Shown piece after piece: positions 53,006-64,000 of a stretch of 64,000 nt of DNA. Below the pieces are notes generated by a model. The model saw nothing but the letters and a program-made list of their open reading frames with translations. It had not been told where the DNA came from and did no database searches. Each line of letters opens with the position of its first letter. The first letter of the stretch is position 1. The DNA comes from Rhina ancylostomus (lineage: Eukaryota): contig JARFYF010000112.1 of assembly GCA_030265395.1 (NCBI GenBank), forward strand, positions 27,493,872 to 27,557,871. Direction: 5' to 3'. A program made the position numbers and the translations under genes.

Positions 53006-53334
53006 GTTGCCAACTGTCTACCTGGATGGTTCTTCTCCATTTGGATCAGTTACAGCTGAAGATTCACATAAGTTGATGAGGAGGTTAAATCTTTTCAAGG
53101 AGGCTCTGGGAACATCCTTGAAACAATATCTCTGTCCTCTTTGTAATCTACTGGATTATTTATTGTTGGTATCTATAAATCAAGGTCAAGCCACTGGGAA
53201 AACTCCCTTGTCACTTTCTGAATGGTGCATGGGCTCTTTTAAAATTAGTGTCAACTCTAGTTGATTAAATAAGGTCTTATTCAAGCCTTGCACCCCTTTG
53301 ATGAAAGTCGACATAAACAATCAGTTATGCAACT

Positions 53335-53545
53335 GGAGTCACATTTAGGCAAATCTAGGCCAGGGAGTTAGTAAGCCATTAAGGCTTTTAATATAGTCCA
53401 GCAATTTGAGCAATTTCTAATCCTACTGATGCCAGCCTTTTCTAAAACTGATTTCAAATTTGGAAACTGCTATGGCAGAATTTGAACATCAGATTATAAA
53501 TCCCAATTTCTGGATTGTTAATCCAGTAACGTCAGCACAGCACTA
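53335..53545 (-). mobile_element. tRNA-derived SINE, same family as 57585-57885
   Basis: ctggattgttaatccagtaac and gaatttgaac head motifs, reverse-complementary to the 57.6 kb copy. Confidence 0.45.
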
Positions 53546-53549
53546 GTTT

Positions 53550-53760
53550 GCACCTACACTTCATGGATGTTATTGAGTGACAGGAGACCTTGATTTGACA
53601 TTCCATGCGAAGGACAGCACCTCTGATAAAGCTATACTCCCTCATTACTGATCTGAAGTGTGAGCCTAAATTACATAGATAAATCTCTGGAGTGAGGGCT
53701 GAATCCATGACCTTCTGACTCAGAGGCAAAAGAACTAGCACTGAGCCAAGGCTGACACTT
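53550..53760 (-). mobile_element. Deu-domain SINE 5' part
   Basis: gacagcacctctga...ctccctcattactg...tctctggagtg...accttctgactcagaggc...actgagccaaggctgac. Confidence 0.7.
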
Positions 53761-54349
53761 GATAAGATGCATTATTGTGTAATCAATGAATAGGAAATAG
53801 GTTTGAGTTTTGGAATTCTGTGATGTCAAGCCAATTGTCATATAAAATAGCAGGGTCATATATACACTAATAGATATCTTTCAATGATTCAGATGATGTC
53901 ATGAAGCTTGAGAGGAAAACTTGAGTGGTTTGTCAATGTTGTTGGAAAACAGATTTGGTTACTGGCTCAAATTCAATCGATTATTTATTATGCAGGATGG
54001 GTATTTTGTATGTGTCTAATGTAAAATATACTGATTAGGCAGCCCTACTATTTCCAGTTATGGCATTTATATTGAAACTGTGCAAGGTAAATAAATTGTT
54101 GGGCGTGTATTGTGTTGGTAGTTGTCATTTTAAAGTGTGTCTTTAACGTGGGTGGATAAAGATGGCTTTCCTTTAGCCAACAATGATGTGAAAAAGAGAT
54201 GCAAGCTCAGTTTTTAAATGTCTTGTGATTTGTTTTTGCTGCCTTTGTCTCTTCTGTTTTCTTTCATCTCCAATGGGCTTTAGCCATCCACTGCTAATGA
54301 GGCCAGGCTCTTGACTTTTGGTGGAATATTTCACCAAGAGACATATCAG

Positions 54350-54447
54350 CCCTGAGACAGTCCAGAAACTTGAAAATAAAACCTTAGCTGAGACTTGAGT
54401 GCAGCACTGAGAGAGTGCCATGCTGCTGGATGCACCACCTTTCTGAT
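54350..54447 (+). mobile_element. Deu-domain SINE fragment truncated by a CR1
   Basis: tagctgagacttgagtgcagcactgagagagtgcca...cctttctgat. Confidence 0.55.
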
Positions 54448-55010
54448 CATAGAAACTTACATGGCAGAACCAGGCCATTTAACTCACTGAATCTAGATCA
54501 ACTCCACCTGAAGCTTTTACCCAAGNNNNNNNNNNNNNNNNNNNNNNNNNNNNNNNNNNNNNNNNNNNNNNNNNNNNNNNNNNNNNNNNNNNNNNNNNNN
54601 NNNNNNNNNNNNNNNNNNNNNNNNNCACTTCATTGACTTACCCAAGTATTTTTTTAAAAGTAGTAAGTTTCTGTCTCCCTCAGCCTTTTGGATGGTGTGT
54701 TCCACAACCCTATCACTATTTGGTTGAAAAAGTTTTCCTTAATTCCCTTTTAATCCTTCTGCCAAGAGCCATAGATCTATCATTCCTAGTTATTACCACT
54801 CTGCTAAGGGAAAAATAAATGGTCTTTCTGATTCTCCTTATCTACATTTCCCAAAATCTTATGCAATTTGACCACTGCTGCCCTCGCTCTCCTCTGTCTC
54901 AAAGAAAGCAATTCCAGCCTTGCATTCCTCTCCTCATAACTAAATATCTCCAGCCTCAGCAAAGGCCTTGCAAGTCTCTTCTGGGCTGTCCTGGTGCCAT
55001 CACATCCCTG
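54448..55010 (-). mobile_element. CR1 LINE 3' fragment (contains a 100-N gap)
   Basis: Minus-strand translation QKRLAR...FSYEERNARLELLSLRQRRARA..VKLHKIL; terminal catagaaac...caggccatt. Confidence 0.75.
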
Positions 55011-55054
55011 CAGGCTTGTGGAGGGTGGGGGGGATGGTAGATGGAAAAGATGAT

Positions 55055-55290
55055 TAAAGAGGCATACATGATACCTTTCTTTATTGTCCAAGGTATAGAA
55101 TACAAGAGCAGGAAGTTATGTTGAAAATGTATAAAACACCAGTTAGTGTATTGTGTTCAGTTCTAGTCACAGGAAGGATGTGATAGCATTAGAGTGCAGA
55201 GGAGAATTACTAGGAAGTTGCCTCGGATGGAGAAACTTAGTTATGAGGAAGATTAGCAAGCTGGAGTTGTTTTCTTTGGGACAGATGAGA
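55055..55290 (+). mobile_element. CR1 ORF2 internal fragment
   Basis: atagaatacaagagcagg...gtattgtgttcagttct...aggaaggatgtga...agttatgagga..., i.e. the YCVQFW/RKDV/SYEE region, frameshifted. Confidence 0.7.
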
Positions 55291-55329
55291 CTCCTCTGTT
55301 ACACTAAATTTGCCAGTATTCTACAATTT

Positions 55330-55490
55330 ATTATATACTTCCTTGGTTTGTTTGCTCTCCCCAACTGCATTACCTCACATTTTTCCAGATTGAGTTACAT
55401 TTTCTGCCCATTTTCTAACAGTCTACAGCACTCCTCCTTCCTAATGACCTTACAGCTAACTTTTGTATCATTTGCAAAGCTCTAAAGTAC
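55330..55490 (-). mobile_element. CR1 reverse transcriptase fragment
   Basis: Minus strand tttgcaaatgatacaaaagtt encodes FANDTKV, a decayed FADDTK motif. Confidence 0.55.
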
Positions 55491-57584
55491 GCCTTTGTTG
55501 AGAGGTTAAATCACGACCCTGTTTTTTTTTTCAGTTTGACTTAGTTGATCTCATTTTGGTATACTAAGGAAGAGCAGGGAAATTTTCCCTGGCACCCAGG
55601 CCAATTTTTATTCCTCATTAAAACACTGCTGTTTGTGGGATCTTGCTGTGCACAGTCTGTCACAATTGGCTTGGGATCTTCTGAGGTTGTGCAAGGATCT
55701 GTAGAAATGCAAATCAGTCTTTTACAGGCCAACCCCACAATTCTAGATACCCAACATATTCAGGGATGAATCCTCTACAAGAGAACACATTCAGGAAAAG
55801 GAACTCTGGAGAACATTTCCCTCCCCCAAATCTAGAGTTATTTTATGCTAGCTTTAGCCTCTGTAATAGATAACCTCATGTAGTCCAGTGCTAGAATGAA
55901 ACCTGGCCTGGTGAACTTTGTGCCAAGTGTGAAATGCATGAGAGTGAGTCAGCAACACATTTCACATCTCCTCCGATTTTTACTTCTGTTCACTTCAACG
56001 GAAGTAATATTCAGGAGAGATGTAGTACAACCATCACACTTTTTCACACTGTCACACAGAGTAAAGATCTAACCCCAAAGGGTGTAACAGTCTGATGATT
56101 TTTGGTTTATGCAAGGCAAACTAGCAGATGGCAGTCTTGCAGTATGACATTCACAGAAGGGTATTAAAAGGTGTTTGTGACATATTTACTGCAGCATTAC
56201 AAAGAAATAATCTACAGTTGATTACAAGGAACTTCCATTCGTGCATTTTATTACAAGCAGGTTTCACTGTGTTATTTTCACTGATAGGGAAATGGCACCA
56301 CAGTCGATCGATTAATTTCAAATTTCTAGGCCATCAAGGCAAAGTAGTCAATGGGAATCATGACCAGAACACATACTTTGAAAATTACTCTCTTTAAAAA
56401 TTATAGCCTCTGAATTGTCCACATAATAATAAAATCTATTACTGCAGTCATTCTATCTTTGCCCCCTAAACCCACGATGTTAACATTTAAAAAACCAGTG
56501 CTAAATCGTATTGTACAGAAACAGTGGTAATCTACTCATCTGCTATTTTGGGAAATGAATTAATTTTTAGCAGAAGTCTTAATGCTAGACTCTCTGTTAG
56601 CCACCAAAGGTTGTCCTATACTGTGTTTTACTGAATGTAAATACAATGTATTATTTAAGTACTGCAGAATCACTTTCAAAATATCAGTTCAGGTAAATTG
56701 ACTATGGAGAACTTTTGCCAGAAATATTTCTTTTGATAGAAATGAAAGGCAATAAACATTTAGAAATATGAAAAATGATTTATCTTGCACTCCCCTTGGT
56801 TTTAATAGAACATTAACAGATGTGTTATAAAACTATATCCTGTTACCAACGCTCTTAAAGTTCAATAAATACCAAGACTGCAACACAATTAATTATCTTT
56901 GAAAGGTTATGAATTCCACATATATTACAATGGGCTTGGAAATGTTTACATGTTCAGGCTTGACCATTTAATCTTTTTCCTCTTTAACAGGTTACACCCA
57001 AGTTTATAGGATGGAAAAGAAAGGCAATGCGGTGGAGAGTGGGTGAGAGAGAGGGAAATTCATCCTTCATTGTTGAGAGTACCAAGAATCACACCAGATG
57101 AATTTGGTTTCCTCATTAACTCTTTTTAAAGTGTTGTGAGTAAATTCTCCCAAGATGTTTTGACTCACAGTCTCAAACCTTCTTCAGCCTTTATTTTTGC
57201 TGAGTTTGTTGAGAACTGAAAACTCTGAGGCAGCAAGTCAAAATATCCTGAAGGAATTTTCACACACAGCACTTAAGACAGGAATAAGGTGGACATTTAG
57301 CTTGTAAAGTTTATGTTTGCATTTTTATGTCTTTTTACATTTTCCTCATAGCTTGTCACTGTACTTTGTCTCCAGTCTAGATTGCAGCAAAACAGGTAAT
57401 TTCTCTTGCTTAGTTCTTTGCTGATGCAAAAGGCACGTAATGTGCTGGTGAACTGGGGAGGGACAAGGATGAGACATCATTGTTATCTCTCTTTGAATGG
57501 TGAAATGGCTTATTGCCACATGTTGAAAATCAACAAAACCTCCCGTAATTCCTTGGATGGATTCAAGTATAAGGCATTACCAGG

Positions 57585-57885
57585 AAGATATGGTGGACTA
57601 GTAATCCAGAGGCCTGAATCCTACTGGGGAACTTAAATTCAATTAATTAAAAGTAAAATCTGGAGTAATAAGCTGCGATCAGTGATGGTGACCATAAAAC
57701 TACTGAGTTGTTGTAAAAACCCATCTGGTTCACTCATGTCCTTTAGGAATAAAAATCTGTATACTTACTTGGCTTGCCTTATTTGTGATTCTGGACCCAC
57801 CAATATGATTGATTCTTCAACTGCCCCCTGAAGTAGCCTAGCAAGTCACTCAGTTGAAGGGAAACTAGGGAAGGACAATCAGCAG
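57585..57885 (+). mobile_element. tRNA-derived SINE
   Basis: tggactagtaatccagaggcc head; gatggtgaccat...ttgtaaaaacccatctggttcact core; gggaaactaggga tail. Confidence 0.6.
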
Positions 57886-58319
57886 TATCATCCACAGTCT
57901 GTGACTGACTAATAACAGGAACAAACCCAATGGATGCAGAAACATAAATTATTTATCTCGGATAAACCATTGTGCTTAGGATAGTAAGAAGAGATTGTGA
58001 GCAGTTCATTTTGTATTTTTTTGGCGCCCACAGTCAACATTCAATTGCATACAGTACAAAGATTGCAGGGGCAATCTTCCTGCAAGCCAGTCTCCTGAAG
58101 TTACAATCAAGACAGTACCAATGTGACATCTGCATTTCCTTTATAAGCCAATGGGATATATTAAAATGAGAAGATTAATTTAGGTTTCTCATTGAAAAAG
58201 AATGGGTTGATTCTGGACTGGATAGAGATTGCCCAAAGTCACTGAAGACACTTACGCAATTAGTTATACTGTTAAAATAGCTTTAAGGCTGGGGTTCATT
58301 TGGAATCATTCTTTTCTCT

Positions 58320-58695
58320 AATTGAGCCAGTGGTGGGTTAAAGTTCCACTCCAGCTCCTTCAGTACTTAATTTAGGCTGACACTTTAGTGCAATGCTGAG
58401 GGAGTGTTGCAGTGGAGGATGATGCTGCCTTTCAGATGAGCTGTTAAACCAAGGTCTAATTTGCTCACTCATATGAGCATAAAAGATCCTGTGGGACAGT
58501 TAGATGGAGCAGGGGACATCTCCATGTAAACTGGCAAATACTTATCCCTCAACCTGTGCAACTACAGCAGATTATCTGGCCACCCTGCAGTATGGAGGCA
58601 CCTGTAAATTGGCCGCCACATTTCCTACATTGACTGTGAAGTTCTTTTGCTTGTTTTCTGGGCTTGAAAAAGGTATTATATTGATGTGTTCTTTA
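58320..58695 (+). mobile_element. Near full-length Deu-domain SINE (SacSINE1/AmnSINE1-like)
   Basis: ccactccag...taggctgacact...tgctgagggagtgttgca...tttcagatgag..ttaaaccaagg...taaaagatcc...cttatccctcaacc...cagattatctgg. Confidence 0.8.
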
Positions 58696-59379
58696 TGTAG
58701 CTTGAATGGTGACTTTATAAACAACCACCTCACTCACAACTGTGTGTCTTACTTACTTCTAGCTCCAGTTTCCTCTGATACTTAACGACCTCAACATTGC
58801 ATGTGGGCACACCTGTGAATGTACAGTGACATAAGAGCTCTCAGCGGGTATAATTTGCTTCATCCAGGCATAGGAGTTACAACTCAGCTAATAGCATCAG
58901 TATACTGTTCAGACAGTTGTCTGACATGCACCAATAACTTGGCTGACAGGAGTTCATTTATATTGTGCCAGGTCAAAGAATTTTTCTTGTTTGCTGAAGG
59001 TTTGCTCCCAATGCTGGAATATTGTTTGATGGGCAGCAATCAGCCCCCAGCACTTCGACCAAGTTGCCATTATCTGAGTGTGGGTTATGCAAGCAAATGT
59101 ACAAGGTCTATTCGGGACTGCAGTAGTTATCACAGCCAAACCTAATCCTGATTTTCACTCAGTGTTGATTTGCAATTACTTTTAGCAGGCCTAGCCATCA
59201 GGTATAGAAGCCATTCAGATTTTCCTCTCCTCTTACTGCTCGCAAACAAGATCAAATTACAGGACAGAACACTGATTGAACCAGAGGCCTTATATTCTGC
59301 TTGGCCCATAGCCAATGGCCACAATATTCCTCGGTTTAAATAATGCTGACAGAGGTGAGAGAACCTATGGGAAATTTGG

Positions 59380-59762
59380 AAAGTAGAAACATGGGCACAG
59401 AAGCAGGCCATTCAAGTTCTCAAGTTTGTTCTACATTATGACTATTCTGTACCTTAATTCCATTTACCCATCATAGTTCTCTTTTTGTTTTTACCTGATC
59501 TAAACCAAGCAGTTTTAAACTTTTAATTGGCCTGAATATAACTAGAGTTTTGGTGGATAAAGTTCCAAATTTCCANNNNNNNNNNNNNNNNNNNNNNCTC
59601 AGAACCACCTAGCTCTAACATTTAAAGTTCTGCCACCTTGTTCTAGACTCACCCACCCAAGGACATAGTTTCCTTCTATCTACACTATCATATCCTTTAA
59701 TCATCTTAAATAACCAAACCAGATCATCCTTTAATCTTCTGTAATCAAGGGAATATAAGTCA
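59380..59762 (-). mobile_element. CR1 LINE 3' fragment
   Basis: gcacagaagcaggccattca terminus; tctatctacactatca..cctttaatcatcttaaata...agatca..cctttaatcttct. Confidence 0.7.
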
Positions 59763-60269
59763 AGTCATGGCCAATGCCTTCATCTCAAAGTAATTAGGAA
59801 GCTTGTCATTGTCCTATCTTCATAATGCATTTGACATATTATAAATCACAGCACCTTGTTTAGAGAGCTCATAAAAACGTAAGAGTAATTACTCCAGAGC
59901 AAGCCTTAAACCTTAATATTTCAGTAAAAACTTACACCAAGCACAGTATTTCCAGTGCAAAATTGATAGTGCATTGTCAGCATTACAGTCATTGTTACGC
60001 ATCTTTCAAATGAAATGTTTAAGCATGGATCCTCTTGGGTGGATGTGAAGGATTTCATAATGCATTACAACACAGTGCTGTTGTGAAAGGCACTATATAA
60101 ACATAGCTTTGTCTTCTTTCATCTCTGGGCTCTATTAAAACTAGGGTTTGAGAATGAAAAGGAAAGTATGATGGCCTTCATCAATGAAGAAAAATATTTC
60201 AGCATCAACAAAAGCTTGGAAATATAAATTGTGTCTTTAATGTAGTCAAATAACTAAATGGGTTTCACA

Positions 60270-60535
60270 GGAGTTCTATCAAGCAAGTTTTGACATCAGA
60301 CCACATAAGGAGATGACCCAAGGCTTGATCAGGACACCAAATATTAAGGTGCTGTAAAGAAGGAAAGAAGGGGAGAGAGAAGATTAGAGGTTTAGGGAGA
60401 GAACGCCAGAGTTTAGAGGCTGAATTCAGTTCTTGAGCGAGGGAGTGGGAATGCACAGAAGACCAAATCTGGAGGAGCAATCATAAAGGATTACAGAGGT
60501 AAGAAGGATGAGAATTTTTTAAATAAGGTGAAGCT
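60270..60535 (-). mobile_element. L2-like LINE 3' fragment
   Basis: tttgaca...ccacataaggagat...gagagagaa...gaggtttagggagagaa..ccagag pattern. Confidence 0.55.
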
Positions 60536-60859
60536 GGACTGTGCTGATTTCCACCTCCACTGGGGCTGATGCCGTCTGGTACCTTGCTGAAGCTTTTTGT
60601 CTTTGCCTGACATCCGCACATGTAAACAAGGTAGAGGTCAGTGAACTTTGATCTCAACCTGATGCTTTCCATATCTAATCCTGGGGGACTAAGACCAATG
60701 ACAAGGCCCTATTACCAGCCCAGATGAGAGTGGCTTATTCAGCACAGAGCAGGAACTGGACCTGAAATCTCCCTTCTTCCACTAATGTACTCAGCCATCA
60801 AGGATCATCAACATGCCTGATCTGCTGATGGGGAGAGACGAGGGGGATTTTTATTCATG

Positions 60860-61052
60860 GTCAAGAATGTACTGCCTGAAAGGCTGATGGAAGTAGATTA
60901 GTACATTTCAAAAGGGAATTGGATAAATACTTGAAAAGGAAAAAAAATTGCAGGGCTATGGGGACAGGGCAATGGGACTAATTGGATAGCTGTTTCAAAG
61001 AGCCAGCACAGGCTTGATGGGCTCCTTTTGTACTCTGTGATTCTCTGAATCT
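60860..61052 (+). mobile_element. CR1 LINE 3' end
   Basis: ctgcctgaaagg...tttcaaaagggaattggataaatacttgaaaagg...gcagggctatgggg...gagccagcacaggcttgatgggc...ctgtgattctctgaatcta. Confidence 0.8.
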
Positions 61053-62121
61053 AAGCTGAAGAGCAAGTTCACTTAAAAGCGGTTACAAGAATTGCAGGAA
61101 CATTACAGGAAGTGGTGGGCCAGTTGTTTCCTGACCATTACTGATCTGGCACCACTTATACCGATGCATCTTTGGAGCCCGACCATTTGAAACAAACAGC
61201 AATAGTCAACAAAGCTGCTGTGTTTATTCCACCAGGATCAAGTTTACAATGTTATGCATGTTACAAATCTGATTTATTCAGTGATTCAGTTCTGACTTGT
61301 ACCGACAGACAAAGTATAATATGTTGAACATTACTGCAATGGTTGGTTTATATTATTAACTTTTTAAAAATCATTTCTTCCACTAAGGATAAAAAAAATT
61401 CAAAGTGTACGCCTTCCTCTGGCTAAGAGCAGCTGTTGATTGCTGTGGGAAGCTCATTAGCAGGCTTTTAAAAGCAAATTGTAATGTCCCACTGCTTGCT
61501 GCTGGCTACTCCACACAGCACCCTTCCAGTAGCTGGTTCCCAGAGCTGGCTTCCTGTTCATCATTTCTTGTACTTAGCATTAGTCATCATCATTGAAATA
61601 TTCATCTACATTGTGAATTAATCCGAAGAAACCAAATGGTGTGACAGCATCAAGTGGCAACAAAGGGCTGCTTCTAATGAGCCCTCAGTGGCTGACAGTC
61701 AGATAGGGGATCTAAATACAGAACACGTCCTTAGACATGTATTCTCACTATGGGTGAAATTATAAAACCAAATTATGACAGTAACCGGACACCAGAGAAT
61801 GTTCCGTGCTTTATACTGAGGTGTTTTCCTTCATAATTGATTGTTTATTTTTCATATTTGATTTTATTTTCTTGATTTTAATCCCCTTAATTTATATTTC
61901 CTAAAAATAATTCTTAGGGGAGTAGTGAACAGTGTCTTATCCATTACCCATACGACAATATCAATATGCATTTATATTGTGCCCTTAATGTAGTATCACA
62001 TTACTGCCCTAGTCTTTGGTTTAATGGCGTGAAAGTGACCACACTGCTGTTAGGCGGCATGGCCCCAGGTGGCAGTGGGCAGATAGATGATCAAAGGTAA
62101 ATGCATCATGGTTGGTAGACA

Positions 62122-62313
62122 AAAACATGATGATGCTGGAGGAACTCAGCAGGCCAGGCAGCATCCATGGTGGAGAGCAGAGGAGATCACAGAGGTGGAG
62201 CAGTGAGAGAGGGACTCACGAAGCTTCATGGATGCTGCCTGGCCTGCTGAGTTCCTCCAGCTTCATAGTGTTTTTCCACCTAGATTCCAGAATCTGCAAT
62301 CCTTTGTTTCTCT
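62122..62313 (+). mobile_element. Penelope-type hairpin insertion with 14-bp target-site duplication
   Basis: TSD atggttggtagaca at 62108-62121 and 62314-62327; perfect 35-bp inverted repeat at 62135-62169 / 62227-62261; same family as the 39.1 kb copy, opposite orientation. Confidence 0.85.
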
Positions 62314-62543
62314 ATGGTTGGTAGACATCTGTGAGCAAAGGGTAAGCCCAAATCCTTGTTCAAAGGCACCCGTTTCTGATGAATGGCCGATGAAACATTG
62401 GGCCATTGATAAATGGTAGACGAGGGAGCAAGATCCACAACAAGGCATCTCAATGAGGTTGATGGAAGACAGTATAAAGAAGGAAAGTCTTTCTAATTTG
62501 CCTTTCACAACTCTTTGTTTATTAAATCAAGTGTACTCCTGGT

Positions 62544-62638
62544 GCAACAATCTGCTGGAGGAACTCAGTGGGTCAGGCAGCATCTGTGGGTGGACAGGAA
62601 TTGTCGACATTTCAGGTCGAAAGCCTGCATCAGGACTG
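62544..62638 (-). mobile_element. Penelope-type element, single arm with hammerhead remnant, inside a Deu-SINE
   Basis: ctgctggaggaactcagtgggtcaggcagcatctgtgg arm plus hammerhead-like sequence at 62601-62638. Confidence 0.75.
62601..62638 (-). ncRNA. Minimal type I hammerhead ribozyme-like motif (degenerate, variant core)
   Basis: CAGTC-CTGATGC-AGG(CTTTCGA)CCT-GAAAT-GTC-GACAA; stem I GTC/GAC, stem II AGG/CCT. Confidence 0.5.
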
Positions 62639-62639
62639 T

Positions 62640-62890
62640 TCTGTGCTTGCAGTGTAATCACTGTGAAACTGTAGGAGACACAGCAAGCTCCCATAAACGT
62701 CAATATGATAACCTGCAGATAATATGTTTGTGCTTAGTGATGTTACTTGAGAGATACGATTGAGAGCTCCTCTGCTTTCCTTCAAAGTAGTGCCAGAAAA
62801 TCTTCCACAATCCCCCGTCAGAACAAAGGTGTACCTGCTCTTCCACGAACAGCACCTCCATAAGTGCACCAGTTCCTCAGCATAGACTGA
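62640..62890 (-). mobile_element. Deu-domain SINE (its tail probably continues at about 62490-62543)
   Basis: agtgtaatcactg...tgtagga...cacagcaagctcccataaac...cagataat...cttcaaagtagtgcca...acagcacctcc. Confidence 0.65.
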
Positions 62891-63615
62891 GGCTACCAGG
62901 TCACTGCCAATGGGCAGTTTGAAACTGCCAGGCAGGATTTTGTGCTGGCTGTTATGATTTCCAGCGTAATTTGGTTACATTTAGACAAGGCGGTGAATCA
63001 GCCACAGCAACTCTAATACAAAATGTTTACAACCAAGTGGCGTTCCATGATGTTTGCGAAGGATTTAAAGACCCATACACAACAAAAACTGTCCATGCCC
63101 CCAGACTGAATTAATCACTGTGGCTAATTGCCCTGTTTACGGGTCTTCAGGGGGCTTTCTTTCAGCTGTAAGGGCACTTTAAATTGCGTTAAACTATTTT
63201 TGTTCTTTCCTAAGAAATTGTCCACTGTGCATTATCTGATTCGGCAACCGTGCTGTGCAGTTTTTTTAAAAAGCAACGTTCAGTCAATTATCATCGCAGG
63301 TGGTGAAAAGCTTGTTTGTTTTTGTGATTTTCAGCCGTATTAATCAAATCTCATTTGGTCATCACTTCAACCTATCCAGAAATATTTACTGAAGCAAATT
63401 AAAAGTAAATTGTGTCTGATTGCGCGGATCGATGGAAGATATCACCTTCGCCAATATGCAAACCGATTCTAATGGAAACTGGACTAAAGAAAGGCATCTC
63501 TTAACTCGTGACGATGTTGAGCTCAATGTGCGCCGGCACTGTCGATTGTGCTCAAAGTGGAAACTCTTGGCCCGAGGAATTCCAGAGTTTTAATTTGTGG
63601 TAAGAAATAATTGGA

Positions 63616-63750
63616 GACACAAGAGACTGCAGGTGCTGGAATCTGATCAATAACAAAACAAAACTGTTGGAGGAACTCAGCGGGTTAGGCAGCATCTGTG
63701 AAGGCAGAGGGATAGACAACGTTTCGGGTCGAGACCCTGCATCAGGAATC
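63616..63750 (-). mobile_element. Penelope-type insertion with 12-bp target-site duplication
   Basis: TSD gaaataattgga at 63604-63615 and 63751-63762; gacacaagagactgcaggtgctggaatc terminus; arm plus hammerhead motif. Confidence 0.85.
63713..63750 (-). ncRNA. Minimal type I hammerhead ribozyme-like motif (variant core)
   Basis: GATTC-CTGATGC-A-GGGTC(TC)GACCC-GAAAC-GTT-GTCTA; perfect stem II, palindromic ACGT in place of stem III, poor stem I. Confidence 0.55.
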
Positions 63751-64000
63751 GAAATAATTGGAATCTGATTCTTGATCCGAACATTGAACAAAGGAAAAGG
63801 AATGCTTAACTTAGTATGCTTGGAACTCAAGGGCACAAGACCGGGAAGTTAAGGCGATCAATGATCATTGCAACATCAATAATGAAGAAGTGGAAAAGCA
63901 GTTTAGTAGATTGCCAGAGGTTTACTTTAAATTTTCAGTCTCAAAGGTTACAAAAGCCTTCTGCAGCTGCATCATCTGCAGCTACTGTGTAGCCAGTATC

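Noticed and set aside
28700-64000. Exons of a neighbouring protein-coding gene (e.g. FBXL18)
   Set aside because: No recognisable coding exon found, so synteny cannot be used within this window

Overview
Vertebrate genomic DNA. The repeat content (hammerhead-bearing Penelope-type hairpins, CR1, L2, Deu-domain and HE1-like SINEs) points to a cartilaginous fish, probably a ray; this is recognised from memory, not from a search. The only recognisable protein-coding sequence is the first coding exon of a TNRC18/BAHCC1-family chromatin reader on the minus strand (25429-25630, MDGRDFG...HRVG...LPPGKY; best fit TNRC18). It has an inferred non-coding exon 1 (about 27508-27700), a CCAAT/PBX-PREP-type promoter (27690-27820) and an intron 2 that runs off the left edge (>25 kb). 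The gene start lies in a roughly 35 kb domain (about 15.7-51.1 kb) that retains CpG, has few recognisable repeats, and is flanked by CpG-depleted, repeat-rich DNA. Best leads: (1) short Penelope-derived insertions with 12-16 bp target-site duplications, two of which carry a minimal hammerhead ribozyme with the same non-canonical core (CUGAUGC); (2) a candidate two-exon plus-strand transcript encoding a 54-aa microprotein upstream of the gene; (3) a uORF-rich 5'UTR with an AUG placed exactly at the splice junction. Almost all ORFs in the supplied track look like chance ORFs or LINE remnants. The assembly is a draft with 12 N-gaps. I found no clear new multi-gene system; all transcript models other than the coding exon are inferences from splice signals.
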